Assembly (NCBI RefSeq): GCF_000143415.4
Contig: NW_003314402.1
Span: forward strand, 135,804 to 199,803
DNA length: 64,000 nt
Direction: 5' to 3'
Source of the DNA: Selaginella moellendorffii
Lineage: Eukaryota > Plantae > Lycopodiophyta
The notes under the pieces are model-generated. The model was not told the origin of the DNA. It searched no databases and worked only from the letters and a program-made list of their open reading frames with translations. Both the position numbers and the translations under genes were made by a program. Below, in pieces: positions 49,416-63,698 of the stretch. Numbering within the stretch: the stretch's first letter is position 1; every line of letters begins with the position of its first letter.

Positions 49416-52400
49416 TTAATCCCAGAATGTTATATGGACATCCGGCCGCTCCTCAAGCCATGGTGGAACTTTCGTACCTTTTTCGCAGCATAGGACTTTG
49501 AGCCTTGGAAATAAGCCAAGGCCGTGATTGTCTGAACTCAATTGGGGCCACACTACATCATCATGATCATAGAGCCTAAGCATCTCCAATCCTGGAAGGG
49601 ATGCAATGGATGATGGAATATTTTCGATCCTAACCAAGGTTACATATTCTAGAGCAGTCATCTGGTCTGTTGGCCCAAAGAAATCATTGGGGAGCTGCCT
49701 CATACAGCCCTTCCGCAAAAATAATGTGAATTGTTTCACCTTCAGCTGTGATCTCTCGGTTGGCATCAAGAGTCTCCTCGTGTAACCTTCTACTCTCAGT
49801 TCAAAAAGGTCATTGGGGAGTTGTGTCACAAAGAGAGGCAAATGCTCCCATGTATTATCAGGAGCCAGATTGAATGTTAAGGTCTTCAGGTTTGGAAGAC
49901 TTGCTGCCAAATCATCCTTGAACTCCGACTGTGCAATGTGCAGATTTTCAAGCTCCAGCCATTCGAGGCATGGGAACAATCCATCCAGACTGAAGAACCG
50001 GATACCACTGCAGTCTAGGTGAAGTTCTCGTAGCCGTTGAAAGACCTTTAGCCAAGACAGGTCTTTCATTGTCTCATTGTTTGTGATGGATAAAGCTTGT
50101 AGCTGTGGCCATTCAAGGGTTTCGGCATTGTTTTCACCGTCTTGTACCCCGTCGATTGAAAAGTGCTGAAGCTGGTTGGAATTCTTAAACATTCGCTTCC
50201 AGTCAAGTTTGATAGTCGATTCCACATAAATGTGACATCGTCTTAGATTGACAAGTTGCCACGGGCCTGTGAAATCGCCAAAGTCCATGCTCTTTGCACG
50301 CAACACCAGTGTCTCAATGTCCACTAGTGCACCAAGGCTGTGAGGTATTTTTATTGTTGCATTGTAGAGTTTTAGCTCTAAATGTCTTAGCTTGTGTAGG
50401 CTTGAAATTCCACTCAAACCTATGACCACAGCTAACTCCTTACAAGATTCAAGCTCCAGCTCTTCCAAGTTGAATAATTGGGGCAGTAATGCAAAGTTGA
50501 ATTTTCTGATCTTCTTGCATTTAAAAACCTTCAGTGATGTCAAGCTGAAGAGCGCATCTGGCAATTGAGGCGCATCATCGAAGGATCGAACGTCAAGCAC
50601 TTGAAGGTTTCTCAGCTTGGATATGCTATCTGGAATAAAACGGACCAAATTATAGCATCTATTCAAGCTCAATACCTTGACATTTTGGATGTGATCTATA
50701 ATAAGACTGACATCCACACCAGAAATTCCACGACATCCATCGAGAAGCAAGACATCTCGCACATGAATGTCAGACAAAAGGCTGCTTGTAACCTTCTTTC
50801 CAATGAATGAAACTTTAGAAAATGTTGGAGAAATCCCAGGTGGACAATCATAGCCAAACAGGCATCCCTTCTCGTGCTCTTCCTGGGGTGGGTACTTCCC
50901 TTTCAAGATTCTTATGCACAGCTTGCGTACCATATCGTGCACAGTTACATACTTATCAGTTGTCTTCACTAGGCATCTTCGTTCCAGTTCACTAACAATC
51001 TGCAGAGGCGAGAGTTCTGACCCAACCGCTATCCAACATTTTCTCAGATCATCAAACTCGATTTGCTCATCTTCTGGAAACGCAGCCACATAGAGAAAGC
51101 ACTCTTGCAGCTTTTCATCCTTATTAAAGCGTCCCAGCTCGTCATAGCTAAACTTCAAGCGCTGGAACATCCGCTTCTCAATGTCCCCGTCATTCAACAA
51201 ATGCATCTTCTCATAGCGTTCTTCCCACACCTGCGGCCCGTCATTCCTGTAGTCAGCCATGGCACTGCCAATCACTTCAAGAGCTAAAGGGAGCCCCTCA
51301 CATTTGCTAGCTATTCTCTCGGCAACTTTCACAATGTCCGGATCACTAGGTAGTGAATCATAAAAGGCAAACTTCCAAAACATCTTTTTGCTCTCGTCCT
51401 CTGATAGCTCATGCACAGGAAGTTCCTTTGCACCCAGCATGCTCAAAATGCCTTTCTTTCTGCTTGTTACCAGCACCCGGCTGTAAGAGGACGGCCCTGC
51501 TGTAAAATCCAGTCCCTTGGCCAAGCTCATTTCCCACACATCATCCAGTATCAACAAGACATGGTTGCCACGAGCAACATTTTGTGCCATCTGTTGCACA
51601 TGCTCAATGGTGCCTGCATTTTGGGCCCTCTCCTTCATGTCGCCCCATTCAAGAGCGTTGAGGAGCTGGGCCCTGAGATCATCCTCCGATGCATCTTTCT
51701 TGACAGTAATCCACACAATGTTGTCATGGAAATGCTGCCGGACCCTCTCGTCATTGTGCACGAAGCTTGCAAGGGTGGTCTTGCCACACCCTCCCATTCC
51801 CAGGAGTCCAAACCATTTCCCCGGGGCTTGTGGATCCAGGAGGGCATTCACCACCTCATCCACCTGCTCCCCATGGCGGCCAAACATGTCGTTGGCCTCG
51901 GGAACACCACGCCGTTCATACTTTACGAGACCTCTGTCTTGTGGACAACTCCGTACGGAAAAGCTGGTGCTCCGCTGTATCGCTCTCAACTCTTCTCGCT
52001 CGTACCTTTCAATGTGCGGGAGGAGATCGTTCTCGCAAGTGCGTACCAGCTCCGAAATCGCGCCAGATCGCTTCTCCCTGTGCGAAAGATCCATCTTTTA
52101 GCTTCATTGCTTCAAACATGAATTCGAATAAGCCTTACTGTAATCCAAGCAGCGCTTGCGCCTTCTCAGTCCATTCAGTCAGTTCAGTCAGCCACGCCTC
52201 AGCCTCACCAGAGTAGCGGAAATCTGGATTCTTGTGCTTGGGAGCATTAAACTTGTCAAGCGTGGCCTGGATTCTGGATTGCCTCTTCTGTAGGTCCTCA
52301 ATGTGGACATTCAGCTCATGCTCGTGACCTTGGATGTGCGACAGGAGATCGTCGTAGGCACTTAAGGACTTCGCGATGTCGTTACTCCGCTTGTACCTAT

Positions 52401-52758
52401 AGGAAGTGGAGAAGTTCAACCAGCTGCCTGCCATTTCTACACACACACACACACAAAAGATAAAATGCTACTGTACCCACCGCTTTATGGGGCTCCAGAT
52501 CCTGTTGTGGCGTGATCCCAAGAGTGCTTGTGCCGTGGTGTTCCATTTCCTGACACGCTCCAAGCATTTCTCGGCCGCTTCAGAGAACGTGAAGCCAGGA
52601 TTCTGCTGCTTGTGAACACTGAAAGCTTCGATCTTGTCCTGGATGTGGGGCGCCTTGTTCTCCAGCGTGTCAATGTTGGCATTGCAGTCCCATATCTTCT
52701 TAGCAGGGCCCAGAGCCAAGCCACACAAGACGCCTGTCAAGGAGCCCACAACCTCCAT
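49416..52758 (-). CDS. NLR copy 5: tandem-CC-NB-ARC-LRR, exons 52758-52481, 52396-52139, 52077-49416, ~1065 aa, apparently intact
   Basis: Same motifs as copy 1; splice sites conserved (intron-2 acceptor tcgcacAG); all frames are open. Confidence 0.9.
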
Positions 52759-53136
52759 GCTTGTAGCCCTACAAGTAAAGGTCGTCTCCCAGAACTCTTG
52801 GCCTTGGTACCCCCTCTTAAAATGAACAGTAATTTTCAGAGAGGTATAAGCTGTTACAAGTGACTTCAGTTTAATTAGAGTTGATTGCTTGCAGTAGAGC
52901 GAGTAGTAGAGGGCCTCGTGCAGCACCCTCCCTCTTGCAATGCCAGCTGTGGCTCTCTCTCTCTCTCTCTCTCTCATTGCTCCGACATTGTAAGTTTCTC
53001 CAGGAGAGGTAACTTTTGTCGCTTTGTTTTAGTTGCACACAGATAGGACGCCTTCCAGCTGACTGGGCCACGTGTTTGATTGCTTTGGGTCAGGAAAGCG
53101 TACTCTGGGTCATTCTTCACTATTTTTGAGACTAGA

Positions 53137-54822
53137 AATGTATATGGTTTTACTTTTGAACTAGGATAGTTTATATGTTTTAATATAGTTAACACTCTGG
53201 AACTTGATTTATAATATTAAGGACATCAAGAATTATTTTAAAATTGGACTAAAACTTGATTTTCCTTATGGATTTTCAACTACATATAAAAGATGTACAT
53301 TCATGTAATTTATTCATATGACAATATTCTTTTGATAAGAGCATAGGTTGTGCTGTTTAACAAACATATGATGTTTTTGACTGGAACTTTTATGAAAAAA
53401 TTCCCACACTTCAATAAGAAAATAAACAAATTTATATTGTTTTTATTTGCTGCAGAATGTCCTTTTTTAATTCTATATGAATTGGGATTGTTGGTTACAA
53501 CTTCCATACATATAACATATAAATGTTCTATTGCAAACACCTTTACCACATATTTAATTCTTCCTTGGATCCTCATAATATAATCAATTGCCACTTCTAT
53601 AAAATTGTCTTTATTGTTACTTCTATAGTAGTGTCCTTATTGTGGGCACCTTCTGGAAATTTGTGATAAACTACATCCAAAACTAAATAAAAGTAATTCC
53701 AAACATTGTTATAGTATGGCACAATACAAACTTCTCTAACTAGAGCATCCATTAGTAAGATGCAAATATGATTAAACTGAATATTCCCTAAAACTAGAAT
53801 ATGAGAACCTATGTGGTGATATTTCATTAGAGTTCTTCTTAGTTCATCTACATAGTAACTGAGAAAAAATTATTAGCTTCTACCAAAGAAATAGACAGAT
53901 AGACAATTTCTCACTAGTAGTATTTAACACAAATAAAGATTTCAATTGCACCCCTAATCCCAATTAAGAATATCTTTATAATTTGAGTAAAATATATATC
54001 ACTTGGAAAACCATATAGTTATAAGCATGAAATATAATATGATTATTACAAACCTACCACCATAGTTGTGTTTTGCTTTTGCACTATGATTTTAGCATGT
54101 ATTGCCACAATTTTTAATTCTTCCTCTTTCATGACATTTTCTTCAACCAAATTATCATTAGGTAAACTATTCATCACTCATTCCAACATCACTAATGACA
54201 AATATAATGTTCTCTCACAAATCATATCCAAACCCATTTGCTAGATTATATGGTTCTGACTTTCCCCCCAAATCCACTCTATTATTTGTCACCGTGCTAA
54301 CTTATGCATTTTTAGTGAGAGTAAGTGTTTGCCTATGCTTATAGAAAGTAGATTTGGTGAAAAAATAACCTTTTGCTGCCCTTGTTGCAACATATGATAG
54401 ACAACAATAATTTTTCTTTCCTTTTTGATTTAGTTTGGTATGAACCATTGAGATGTGTCATTTTCTAGCTAATCTAGTGATTCTAATCCCCAGACAAATA
54501 TTACAATCAACATTACAAGGCAAACACATTCTTGCAAAACTTGTGAAACTTAAAAATACACGATTATCACATATTTTTTAGTGTTTTTAATGTTGTCAGC
54601 CTTGTGGTTTTTTGCTGCTTTCTTTCAAAAACATAATATTGTTATAAATATTTTTTTTGAGGTATTTTTCAAGTCCTTATTTAGCAAATTCATAATGGAG
54701 GTAGAGATAAATTGCCCAATCCGTAATGCTTTTTGGGATTGGGCCTATAAGTAACATTTGATAAACATAGAACATAGGAAGGTTAAGGCTTTTTACTTGC
54801 ATTTATTGATAGAAGTTTTTTT
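53137..54822. repeat. AT-rich block, truncated on the right side
   Basis: Nearly identical to 23395-25080. Confidence 0.6.
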
Positions 54823-54990
54823 CTGCTGCTTGTGATCACTGAAAGCGTTGATCTTGGCCTGGATGTGGTGCGCCTTGTTCTCCAGCGTTTCAATGTTGGC
54901 ATTGCAGTCCCATATCTTCTTAGCAGGGCCCAGAGCCAAGCCACACAAGGCGCTTGCCAAGACGCTTGTCAAGGAGCCCACAACCTCCAT
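54823..54990 (-). pseudogene. Orphan NLR exon-1 fragment (MEVVGSLTSVLASALCGLALGPAKKIWDCNANIETLENK...)
   Basis: Near-identical to exon 1 of the NLR copies; truncated at HKQQ and fused to the AT-rich block. Confidence 0.9.
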
Positions 54991-55757
54991 GGCTGTAGAC
55001 CTACAAGTAAAGGTTGTCTCCCTCCCAGAAAGAAGCACAATATTAACTCTTGACCTTGTAGATCGGAATTCTTCACTTTTTTCACAGCTGTGACTCACTC
55101 ACTCTAAGAGATTCACAGTGAGCACCGCAACGATCGCTACATCGCTCGCAAGAAACACCTCTATTTGTACAAACAGACAAACGTGGAGCACGTAAAGTAC
55201 TTGTGTCTTTGGCCTAAAACGGGCATCTTAAACGCCATAGCCAGAAAATGGACGGCGGAGATCTTTTGAGCAAGAACCCTAAGCCCCAATTTCTCTTGGC
55301 GAGGCGGCGAGAGAGCGATGGCGCAGAGAGATGCGACACGCCCGAGAAGAACATCGTCTTTTCTCTTGTACGGCGTTGATCCAGGCGAACGGGAATAGAG
55401 GGCTCCTCTGCCGATCTTTGATGGGATCCGGGCGATCTTGTCACCGACGTCTTGAAAGATCTTAGATTCTATCCGCAATCGCCCAGTCAATGCGATCCTG
55501 GCGATGGGTGCTCCATATCATTCTATTCCCGCCCGGACGTGATCTCCAGGATTTGCGAAGAAGAAGCTCGTCGATCAGATGCGCGATGCTGGCGCGCAAT
55601 TGATTGGGGCTTCCCGCTACATTTTCCCGCGCTATCGTCTCTACTTCTCCATTCTAGGGTTCTTTCTTGGAGGCGACGTAGGTTTTCTATTGCCCGCGTG
55701 GTCGAGGAGACGGCGCTGGGGGGCGGCCTTGATCGGCGTTCTGGAGCTACACAGGTA

Positions 55758-58269
55758 ATGGGGCTCGAAATAGGAAGAGGCTCCAGCTTAAGGCTCCGAC
55801 GAGCAGTGCCAAGGCGAGGAGCCCCAGCCAGCGTTACGGTGACAACAAAGGCCCCTGGGGCAAAATGTTCCATCGGCAGTGGATCGCCAAAAACTCCTGC
55901 AAAAGCTGAGGCTTCTAGGACAGCAAAAATTGCCGAGGTGAGCAATGATAGTGGAGCAGAGGATTTATATGATTCGGGAGTAGAAAGTGGAGCAATCGAT
56001 GGTGGGGAAGAAGAGGTAAACAAGATTATGACTGGAGGAGGAAACGATGCCGAGGTGGAAAGAACAACAGTGGTGGAGAGCTCCATTGAGACTGTCAGGA
56101 AACATGGCGAGGCTGTTTCTAGCGCCTTAGCTGGACTTTCAATCAGAGGTAGTGCCTTGACCCACGGTAATCCCGTTAAGATGAAAGCTGGTTGTGGTTC
56201 CGTGAAAGCTGAAGCTTCGGTTTCGATCGCAGCTGGATGTGATCCTATGAAAGTAGATGGATTGGTGAAAATGGAAGCTGGTTTTGAGTCTGCAAGAGTC
56301 GAAGCTCTGGTTGGCTCGGTGAAGATGGACCCTCGTTATGATACTGTGAAACTTGAAACTCCATTCGGGGGTTGTTTTAGATGTTGAGAGGTGGTGGCTT
56401 CTCCAAGAGACTGAAGTTGCCGGGTACTCGACGTCCAGGGGATGCCGGATTCGTGTTGGCGAGTTCATTTCCTTCAGTTTTCCCAAGCCTGAAGCCGAAA
56501 GTAAGAAGAATTTCTTTGAGCACAAGAAGGTTCGGCCGAAAGTGAGCTCCGATATTGTAAGGTTCTTGACAAAAGCTTCAGGAGAGGTACGTTTCACTTG
56601 ACTTGTTTCTTCGTTTTACTTCTAACCATTTGCTCACAGATAGAACGGCTTCCAGCCGACTGCGCCAAGTGTTTGATACCTTTGGGAAGTGCAAAATGGC
56701 ACCAGAGGCTCTTTCTCTTATGAGCAGCATAGTTCTCCATTTGAGGTAGAGTTTTCTGTGTTTACCAGAGACGTTACGTATATGATGTGCTTGCAGAGTT
56801 TATATCAACAAGTCAGAAGCCTTACGAGGAGGGGGTTGAGCGCGGATTGAAGCTTCTGCAAGCTATCTTGAAGCCGGTAATGCTTCGAAGAACAAAAGAT
56901 TCAACTGATAAAGAAGGAAGGTAAGCATTTTTTTCTTTGCACCGTGCCTTGTCTTGTATTCACTCACAAGTTGGATAATTCTTGTTCTCCGACCGGCTCA
57001 ATGTGAAGTTATTGAATGCAAACTATCTGAGCCTGAACGTGATTTTTATGATGCCCTTTACCACAGATCTAAGGCATGAAGAACTTCTCTTTCTTTTATT
57101 TTCTCTTTTTTGTGAACACGTTTTTGCGTTTGTGATCAGGTAAAATTCGATCAGTTCGTTGAACAAGGTAAAGTTCTCCATAACTATGCCTCGATCCTCG
57201 AACTGCTACTTCGATTACGGCAAAGCTTGTGATCATCCTTTTCTTGTTCTGAGGTAGAAAATGCATCCTCTTATGTCTGAAGTTCCTGACGTTTTCTTCG
57301 TCACGCAGCCGTGGCGATACTGAAGACTTTGCGGACCTGGGAAAGCTGGCTAGACGTTTCTTGGACAAGAATTCCTCCCAGGTGCCTTCGACGGCGTATG
57401 TCAAAGAGGTGGTGGATGATATTCGTAAAGGAGAAAGTGCTGAGTGCCCAATTTGTTTGGAGATGCACGCAGTTCTTACACCATGCGCTCATCGAATGTG
57501 CCGTGAGTGCCTATTGAATAGCTGGCGTACTAGCGCCGGAGGTCCCTGTCCAATATCCGAGGTAACATATTGTTTTATTTCTCGAGCTCTTTTCCATATC
57601 CATAGCTATCATGCAGGCGTTCCTGTACGAAATAGGAACTCATAACTGTACCAAGAAGTAATCCAAAGTCGTCCAAAGTCGAGGCTCTGCTGCACCACCT
57701 CCAGACGTTAAGTGAGGCCGGGTCGAAAAGCGTTGATTTTAGTCAGTGGACAGCGTTTCTCGACTTGTTAGAGATACCATTGAAAAGGTACGAGCGTCTT
57801 TCCTTTTGTGCTTTCTCTTTGTTTGTGTTTCTAACAATGCACTGCCAGGAAGAACTTCTGTTTCGTCCGCTTGGACGGAACACTATCGCAGCGTCAGCGA
57901 GAACAAGTGCTCAAAAACTTGAGCAATATTCCAGCCGTGGCCGTAAGCTTTTTGTGTTGCTTACCTCCAAGAAACCACTCTATTTTGTGGACAGGTCATG
58001 CTCATGCCTTTCTCATGGTACGCGCTATAGTTTTCTTTTTTAGCCATCTTCCGAGTCGAGAATGTGGACGATCGAGCATCGGTCAGACGAAGAACGTATC
58101 GATCAAGCGATTCATCGTCAAAGTAAGCGCCACTTGAAACTCTCTTTGACGTTTCTCATGTCTCTAAAGCAGGATCGAAGCGAGGAAGCAGCGATTGATC
58201 GCGGGGGCTCTCACAGACGAAGAGGTGCGAAGCGCTCGAATCGAGGTGCTCAAAATGCTATTTAGATGA
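55758..58269 (+). pseudogene. RAD5: RAD5-like pseudogene F
   Basis: Paralog of A; RING CPICLEMHAVLTPCAHRMCRECLLNSW in ORF 57361-57645. Confidence 0.85.
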
Positions 58270-58418
58270 GAAGAACTGGATTTTTTTAACTTATATCAGT
58301 GTACATAGTTAAAGAGGGGAATATGCTTCTAGCATCGGCGCGTATATTCTTCGGATAGTTCAATGTGTCATGGATGTAGGAGCTTTGGGTACAAGCATTT
58401 CTAGGTTTCTTCGCGGCT

Positions 58419-58972
58419 ATGGCGGACAGCGAAGGAGCAGGCGATCGCGTCGCAAGCGGCGACGAGCAAGGTATGCATGCTAGGATCGCCTCGAGAAGCA
58501 GCAGCAGCGCCAGCGCCGGCGCCGCGCCGCGATTTCGCTGGCCTAGAGAGCCGGAGTAGCCGATCTAGATTCATGCAAGCATATTATCTCTAGGAAATTG
58601 AGCTGAACGCTGAGGCTTTGCAGGCGATCGCGTCGATTCCTCTGGTCTCCGCGGCCGGGGCGGCTAGAAAGCCGGGGCGCATTCTAGAGTTTCGGGGTTT
58701 CTGGGGCGATCAGTCATGTAGCGGGTAGAGCCGTTGGTGCGGCTTTTGAGGAGTCCAAACAGAGGCTCCATAATCTAGATGCTTTGGAAGGAGAAGGCGT
58801 GACGACCTCTCTAGATCTTGAGGAGCTACAAATTGACGGTCACCGTCGTGAGGGTAAAGCTCCACAGTTTTACAAGGTTTGTGCTTGCTTTTTTTCTTTC
58901 TCTATTTTCATGTGTTTGTATCTCTGGTTACAGCCGAAGGAGAACCGTTTCAGGACCTCTGAAGAACTAAAG
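58419..58972 (+). pseudogene. URT1-like fragment, same internal deletion as 18870-19415
   Basis: Shared junction tgtagcgggtagagccgttggtgcgg. Confidence 0.65.
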
Positions 58973-59232
58973 GTATGCATATGCATATTCTTAATATTGT
59001 TATGTTTTCCATGTTTTACCATTTACTCTATACACCAGATTTTAAAATACTCAAAACCACGAGAGTAAAGTAATATCCTGAGAATACGATTTGTAAGAAA
59101 AACAGAAACTGTGTCTTCTCCAAACGCTGCTGACGGCTTGGAAATCTCTGTTTTTGTTTTTTGAGTGATGCAAAATAGTGTAGCATTTGCGCAGATCGAG
59201 AACCCAATCGATGTCCACTGAAGGAGCAAGGT

Positions 59233-62200
59233 TTAATCCCAGAATGTTATCTGGAGATCCGGCCGCTCCTCAAGCCATGGTGGAACTTTCGTACCTTTTT
59301 GGCAGCATAGGACTTTGAGCCTGGGAAATAAGCCAAGGCCGTGATCGTCTGAACTCAATTGGGGCCACACTACATCATCATGATCAGCGAGCTCAAGAAC
59401 CTCCAATCCTGGAAGGGATGCAATGGATGATGGAATATCTTCAATCCCAGACAAGTGCACACGTCTTAAAAGAGTCATCTGGTCTGTTGGCTCAAAGAAT
59501 TCATTGGGGAGCTGCCTCATACAGCCCTTCCACCAATATAATATGAACAATTTCACCTTCAGCTGTGATCTCTCGGTTGGCATCAAGAGTCTCCTCATGT
59601 AACCTTCTACTCTCAGTCCATCAAGGTCTTTGGGGAGTTGTGTCACAAAGAGAGGCAAATGCTCCCATGTATTATCAGGAGCCAGATAGAATCTTAACCT
59701 CTTCAGGTTTGGAAGACTTGCTGCCAAATCATCCTTGAACTTCGACTGTGCAATGTGCAGATTTCGAAGCTCCAGCCATTCGAGGCATGGGAACGATCCA
59801 TCCAGACTGAAGAACTGGATACCACTGCAGTCTAGTTGAAGTTGTTGTAGCCGTTGAAAGCCCTTTAGCCAAGACAGGTCTTTCATTGTCTCATTGTTTC
59901 TGATCGTTAAAATTTGTAGCTGTGGCCATTCAAGGCTTTCGGCATTGTTTTCACCGTCTTGTACCCCGTCAATGGTAAAGTCCTGAAGCTGTTTGGAATT
60001 CTTAAACATTCGCTTCCAGTCAAGTTTGATACTCGATTGCACGCTAATGTCACATCGTCTTAGATTGACAAGTTGCCACGGGCCGGTGAAATCGCCAAAG
60101 TCCATGGTCTTTGCACTCAACTGCAGTTTCTCAATGTCCACTAGTGCACCAAGGTTGTGAGGTATTTTTATTGTTGCACGTTTGAAGTCTAGCTTTAAAT
60201 CTCTTAGCTTGTGTAGGCTTGAAATTCCACTCAAATCCATAGCCACAGCTAACTCCTTACAAGATTCAAGCTCCAGATGTTCGAGGCATGGGAACGATCC
60301 ATCCAGACTGAAGAACTGGATACCACTGCAGTGTATGTGAAGTTCTCGTAGCCGTTGAAAGCCCTTTAACCAAGACAGTTCTTTCATTGTCTCATTGTTT
60401 CTCATCCTTAAATATTGGAGCTGTGGCCATTCAAGGCTTTTGGCATTGTTTTCAACGTCTTGTACCCCGTGAATGACAAAGTCCTCAAGCTGTTTGGAAT
60501 TCTTAAACATTCGCGTCCAGTCAAGTTTGATAGTCGATACCACCCTAATGTGACATCGTCTTAGATTGACAAGTTGCCACGGGCCGGTGGAATCGCCAAA
60601 GTCCATGCTCTTTGCCCACAACTCCAGTTTCTCAATGTCAGGCTGTGAGGTATTTTTATTGTTGCATTGTAGAGTTTTAGCTCTAAATGTCTTAGTAGGC
60701 TTGAAATTCCACTCAAATCCACAGCAAACTCCTCATTGGACTTAAGCTCCAGCTCTTCCAAGTTGAATAATTGGGGCAGTAATGCAAAGTTGAATTTTCT
60801 GATCTCATTGCATTTCAAAACCTTCAGTGATGTCAAGCTGAAGAGCGCATCTGGGAATATTGTCGTCACAAATAAAACTCGAAGGTCAAGCACTTGAAGG
60901 TTTCTCAGCTTGGATATGCTCTCTGGAATAAAACGGACCAACTTAAAGCATCTATTCACGCTCAATACCTTGACATTTTGGATGTGATCTATAATAAGAC
61001 TGTCATCCATTACTTTACATCCATCGAGAAGCAAGACATCTCGCACATGAATGCCAGACAAAAAGCTGCTTGTAACCTTCTTTCCAATGAATGAAACTTT
61101 AGAAAATGTTGCAGAAATCCCAGGTGGACAATCATAGCCAAACAGGCATCCCTTCTCGTGCTCTTCCTGGGGTGGGTACTTCCCTTTCAAGATTCTTATG
61201 CACAGCTTGCGTACCATATCGTGCACAGTTACAAACTTATACCATCGAATCTGATTCTCGAATCTGAATCGATCATCAGTTGTCTTCACTAGGCATCTTC
61301 GTTCCAGTTCACTAACAATCTGCAGAGGCGAGAGTTCTGACCCAACCGCTATCCAACATTTTCTCAGATCATCAAACTCGATTCGCCGATCTTCTGGAAA
61401 CGCAGCCACATAGAGAAAGCACTCTTGCAGCTTTTCATCCTTATTAGACAGCTCGTCATAGCTAAACTTCAAGCGCTGGAACATCCGCTTCTCAATGTCC
61501 CCGTCATTCAACAAATGCATCTTCTGATAGCGTTCTTCCCACACCTGCGTCCCTTCATTCCTGTGGACAGCCATGGCACTGCCAATCACTTCAAGAGCTA
61601 GAGGGAGACCCTCACATTTGCCAGCTATTCTCTCGGCAACTTTCACAATGTCCGGATCACTAGGTAGTGAATCATAAAAGGCAAACTTCCAAAACATCTT
61701 TTTGCTCTCGTCCTCTGATAGCTTATGCACAGGAAATACCTTTGCACCCAGCTTGCTCAAAATGTCTTCCTTTCTGGTTGTTACCAGCACCCGGCTGTAA
61801 GAGGACAGCCCTGCTATAAAATCCAGTCCCTTGGCCAAGCTCATCTCCCACACATCATCCAGTATCAGCAAGACACAAATTCCACGAGCAACATTTTGTG
61901 CCAAGTGCTGCACATGCTCAAGGGTGCCTGCATTTTGGGCCCTCTCTTTCATGCCGCCCCAGTCAAGAGCGTTGAGGAGCTGGGCCCTGAGATCATCCTC
62001 CGATGCATCTTTCTTGACAGTGATCCATACAATGTTGTCATGGAAATGCTGCCGGACCCTCTGGTCATTGTTCACGAAGCTTGCAAGGGTGGTCTTGCCA
62101 CATCCTCCCATTCCCAGGAGTCCAAACCATTTCCCCGGGGCTTGTGGATCCAGGAGGGCATTCACCACCTCATCCAGCTGCTCCCCATGGCGGCCAAACA

Positions 62201-63077
62201 TGTCGTTGGCCTCGGGAACACCACGCCGTACATAGTTTACGAGACCTCTGTCTTGTGGACAACTCCGTACGGAAAAGCTGGTGCTCGGCTGTATCACTCT
62301 CAACTCTTCTCGCTCGTACCTTTCAATGTGCGGGAGGAGATCGTTCTCGCAAGTGCGTACCAGCTCCAAAATCGCGCCAGATCGCTTCTCCCTGCGCGAC
62401 AGATCCATCTTTTAGCTCCATTGCTTCAAACATGAATTCGAATAAGCCTTACTGTGATCCAAGCAGCGCTTGCGCCTTCTCAGTCCATTCAGTCAGTTCA
62501 GTCAGCCACGCCTCAGCCTCACCAGAGTAGCGGAAATCTGGATTCCTGTGCTTGGGAGCATTAAACTTGTCAAGCGTGGCCTGGATTCTGGATGCCCTCT
62601 TCTTTAGCTCCTCAATGTGGACATTCAGCTCATGCTCGTGACCCTGGATCTGCGACAGGAGATCGCCGTAGGCACTTAAGGACTTCGCGATCTCGTTACT
62701 CCGCTTGTACCTATAGGAAGTGGAGAAGTTCAACCAGCTGCCTGCCATTTGTACACACACACACACAAAAGATAAAATGCTACTGTACCCACCGCTTTAT
62801 GGGGCTCCAGATCCTGTTGTCGCGTGATCCCAAGAGTGCTTGTGCCTTGGTGTTCCATTTCCTGACACGCTCCAAGCATTCCTCGGCCGCTTCAGAGAAC
62901 ATAAAGCCAGGTCCATTTCGCTCCTTGTGGCGACCGAAAGCGTTGATCTTGTCCCGGATGTGGGGCGCCGGATTTGTTCTCCAGCGTTTCAATGTTGGCA
63001 TTGCAGTCCCATACCTTCTTAGCAGGGCCCAGAGCCAAGCCACACAAGGCGCTTGCCAAGGAGCCCACAACCTCCAT
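59233..63077 (-). pseudogene. NLR copy 6: frameshifted, with 501-bp LRR duplication
   Basis: Split into 615-aa and 462-aa ORFs by a 13-nt deletion near 60640 (ctcaatgtc^aggctg). A 4-nt insertion (ggat) in exon 1 near 62970 is a second frameshift. Confidence 0.85.
59770..60760 (-). repeat. Tandem 501-bp LRR duplication in NLR copy 6
   Basis: atgggaacgatcc at 59787 and 60288; same ELESCKELAVAMDLSG junction as copy 1. Confidence 0.9.
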
Positions 63078-63698
63078 GGCTGTAGACCTACAAGTAAAGG
63101 TTGTCTCCCTCCCAGAAAGAAGCGCAACATTAACTCTTGACCTTGTAGATCGGAATTCTTCACTTTTTTCACAGCTGTGGCTCACTCACTCTATGAGATT
63201 CACAGTGAGCACCGCAACGATCGCTACATCGCTCGCAAAAAACACGTAAAGTACTTGTGTCTTTGGCCAAAACCCTAAACATCGACACGCCCGAGAAGAA
63301 CATCGTCTTTTCTCTTGTACGGCGTTGATCCAGGCGTACGGGAATAGAGGGCTCCTCTGCCGATCTTTGATGGGATCCGGGCGATCTTGTCACCGACGTC
63401 TTGAAAGATCTTAGATTCTATCCGCAATCGCCCAGTCAATGCGATCCTGGCAATGGGTGCTCCATATCATTCTATTCCCGCCCGGACGTGATCTCCAGGA
63501 TTTGCGAAGAAGAAGGTCGTCGATCAGATGCGCGATGCTGGCGCGCAATTGATTGGGGCTTCCCGCTACATTTTCCCGCGCTACTTCTCCATTCTAGGGT
63601 TCTTTCTTGGAGGCGACGTAGGTTTTCTATTGCCCGCGTGGTCGAGGAGACGGCGCTGGGGGGCGGCCTTGATCGGCGTTGTGGAGCTGCACAAGGTA

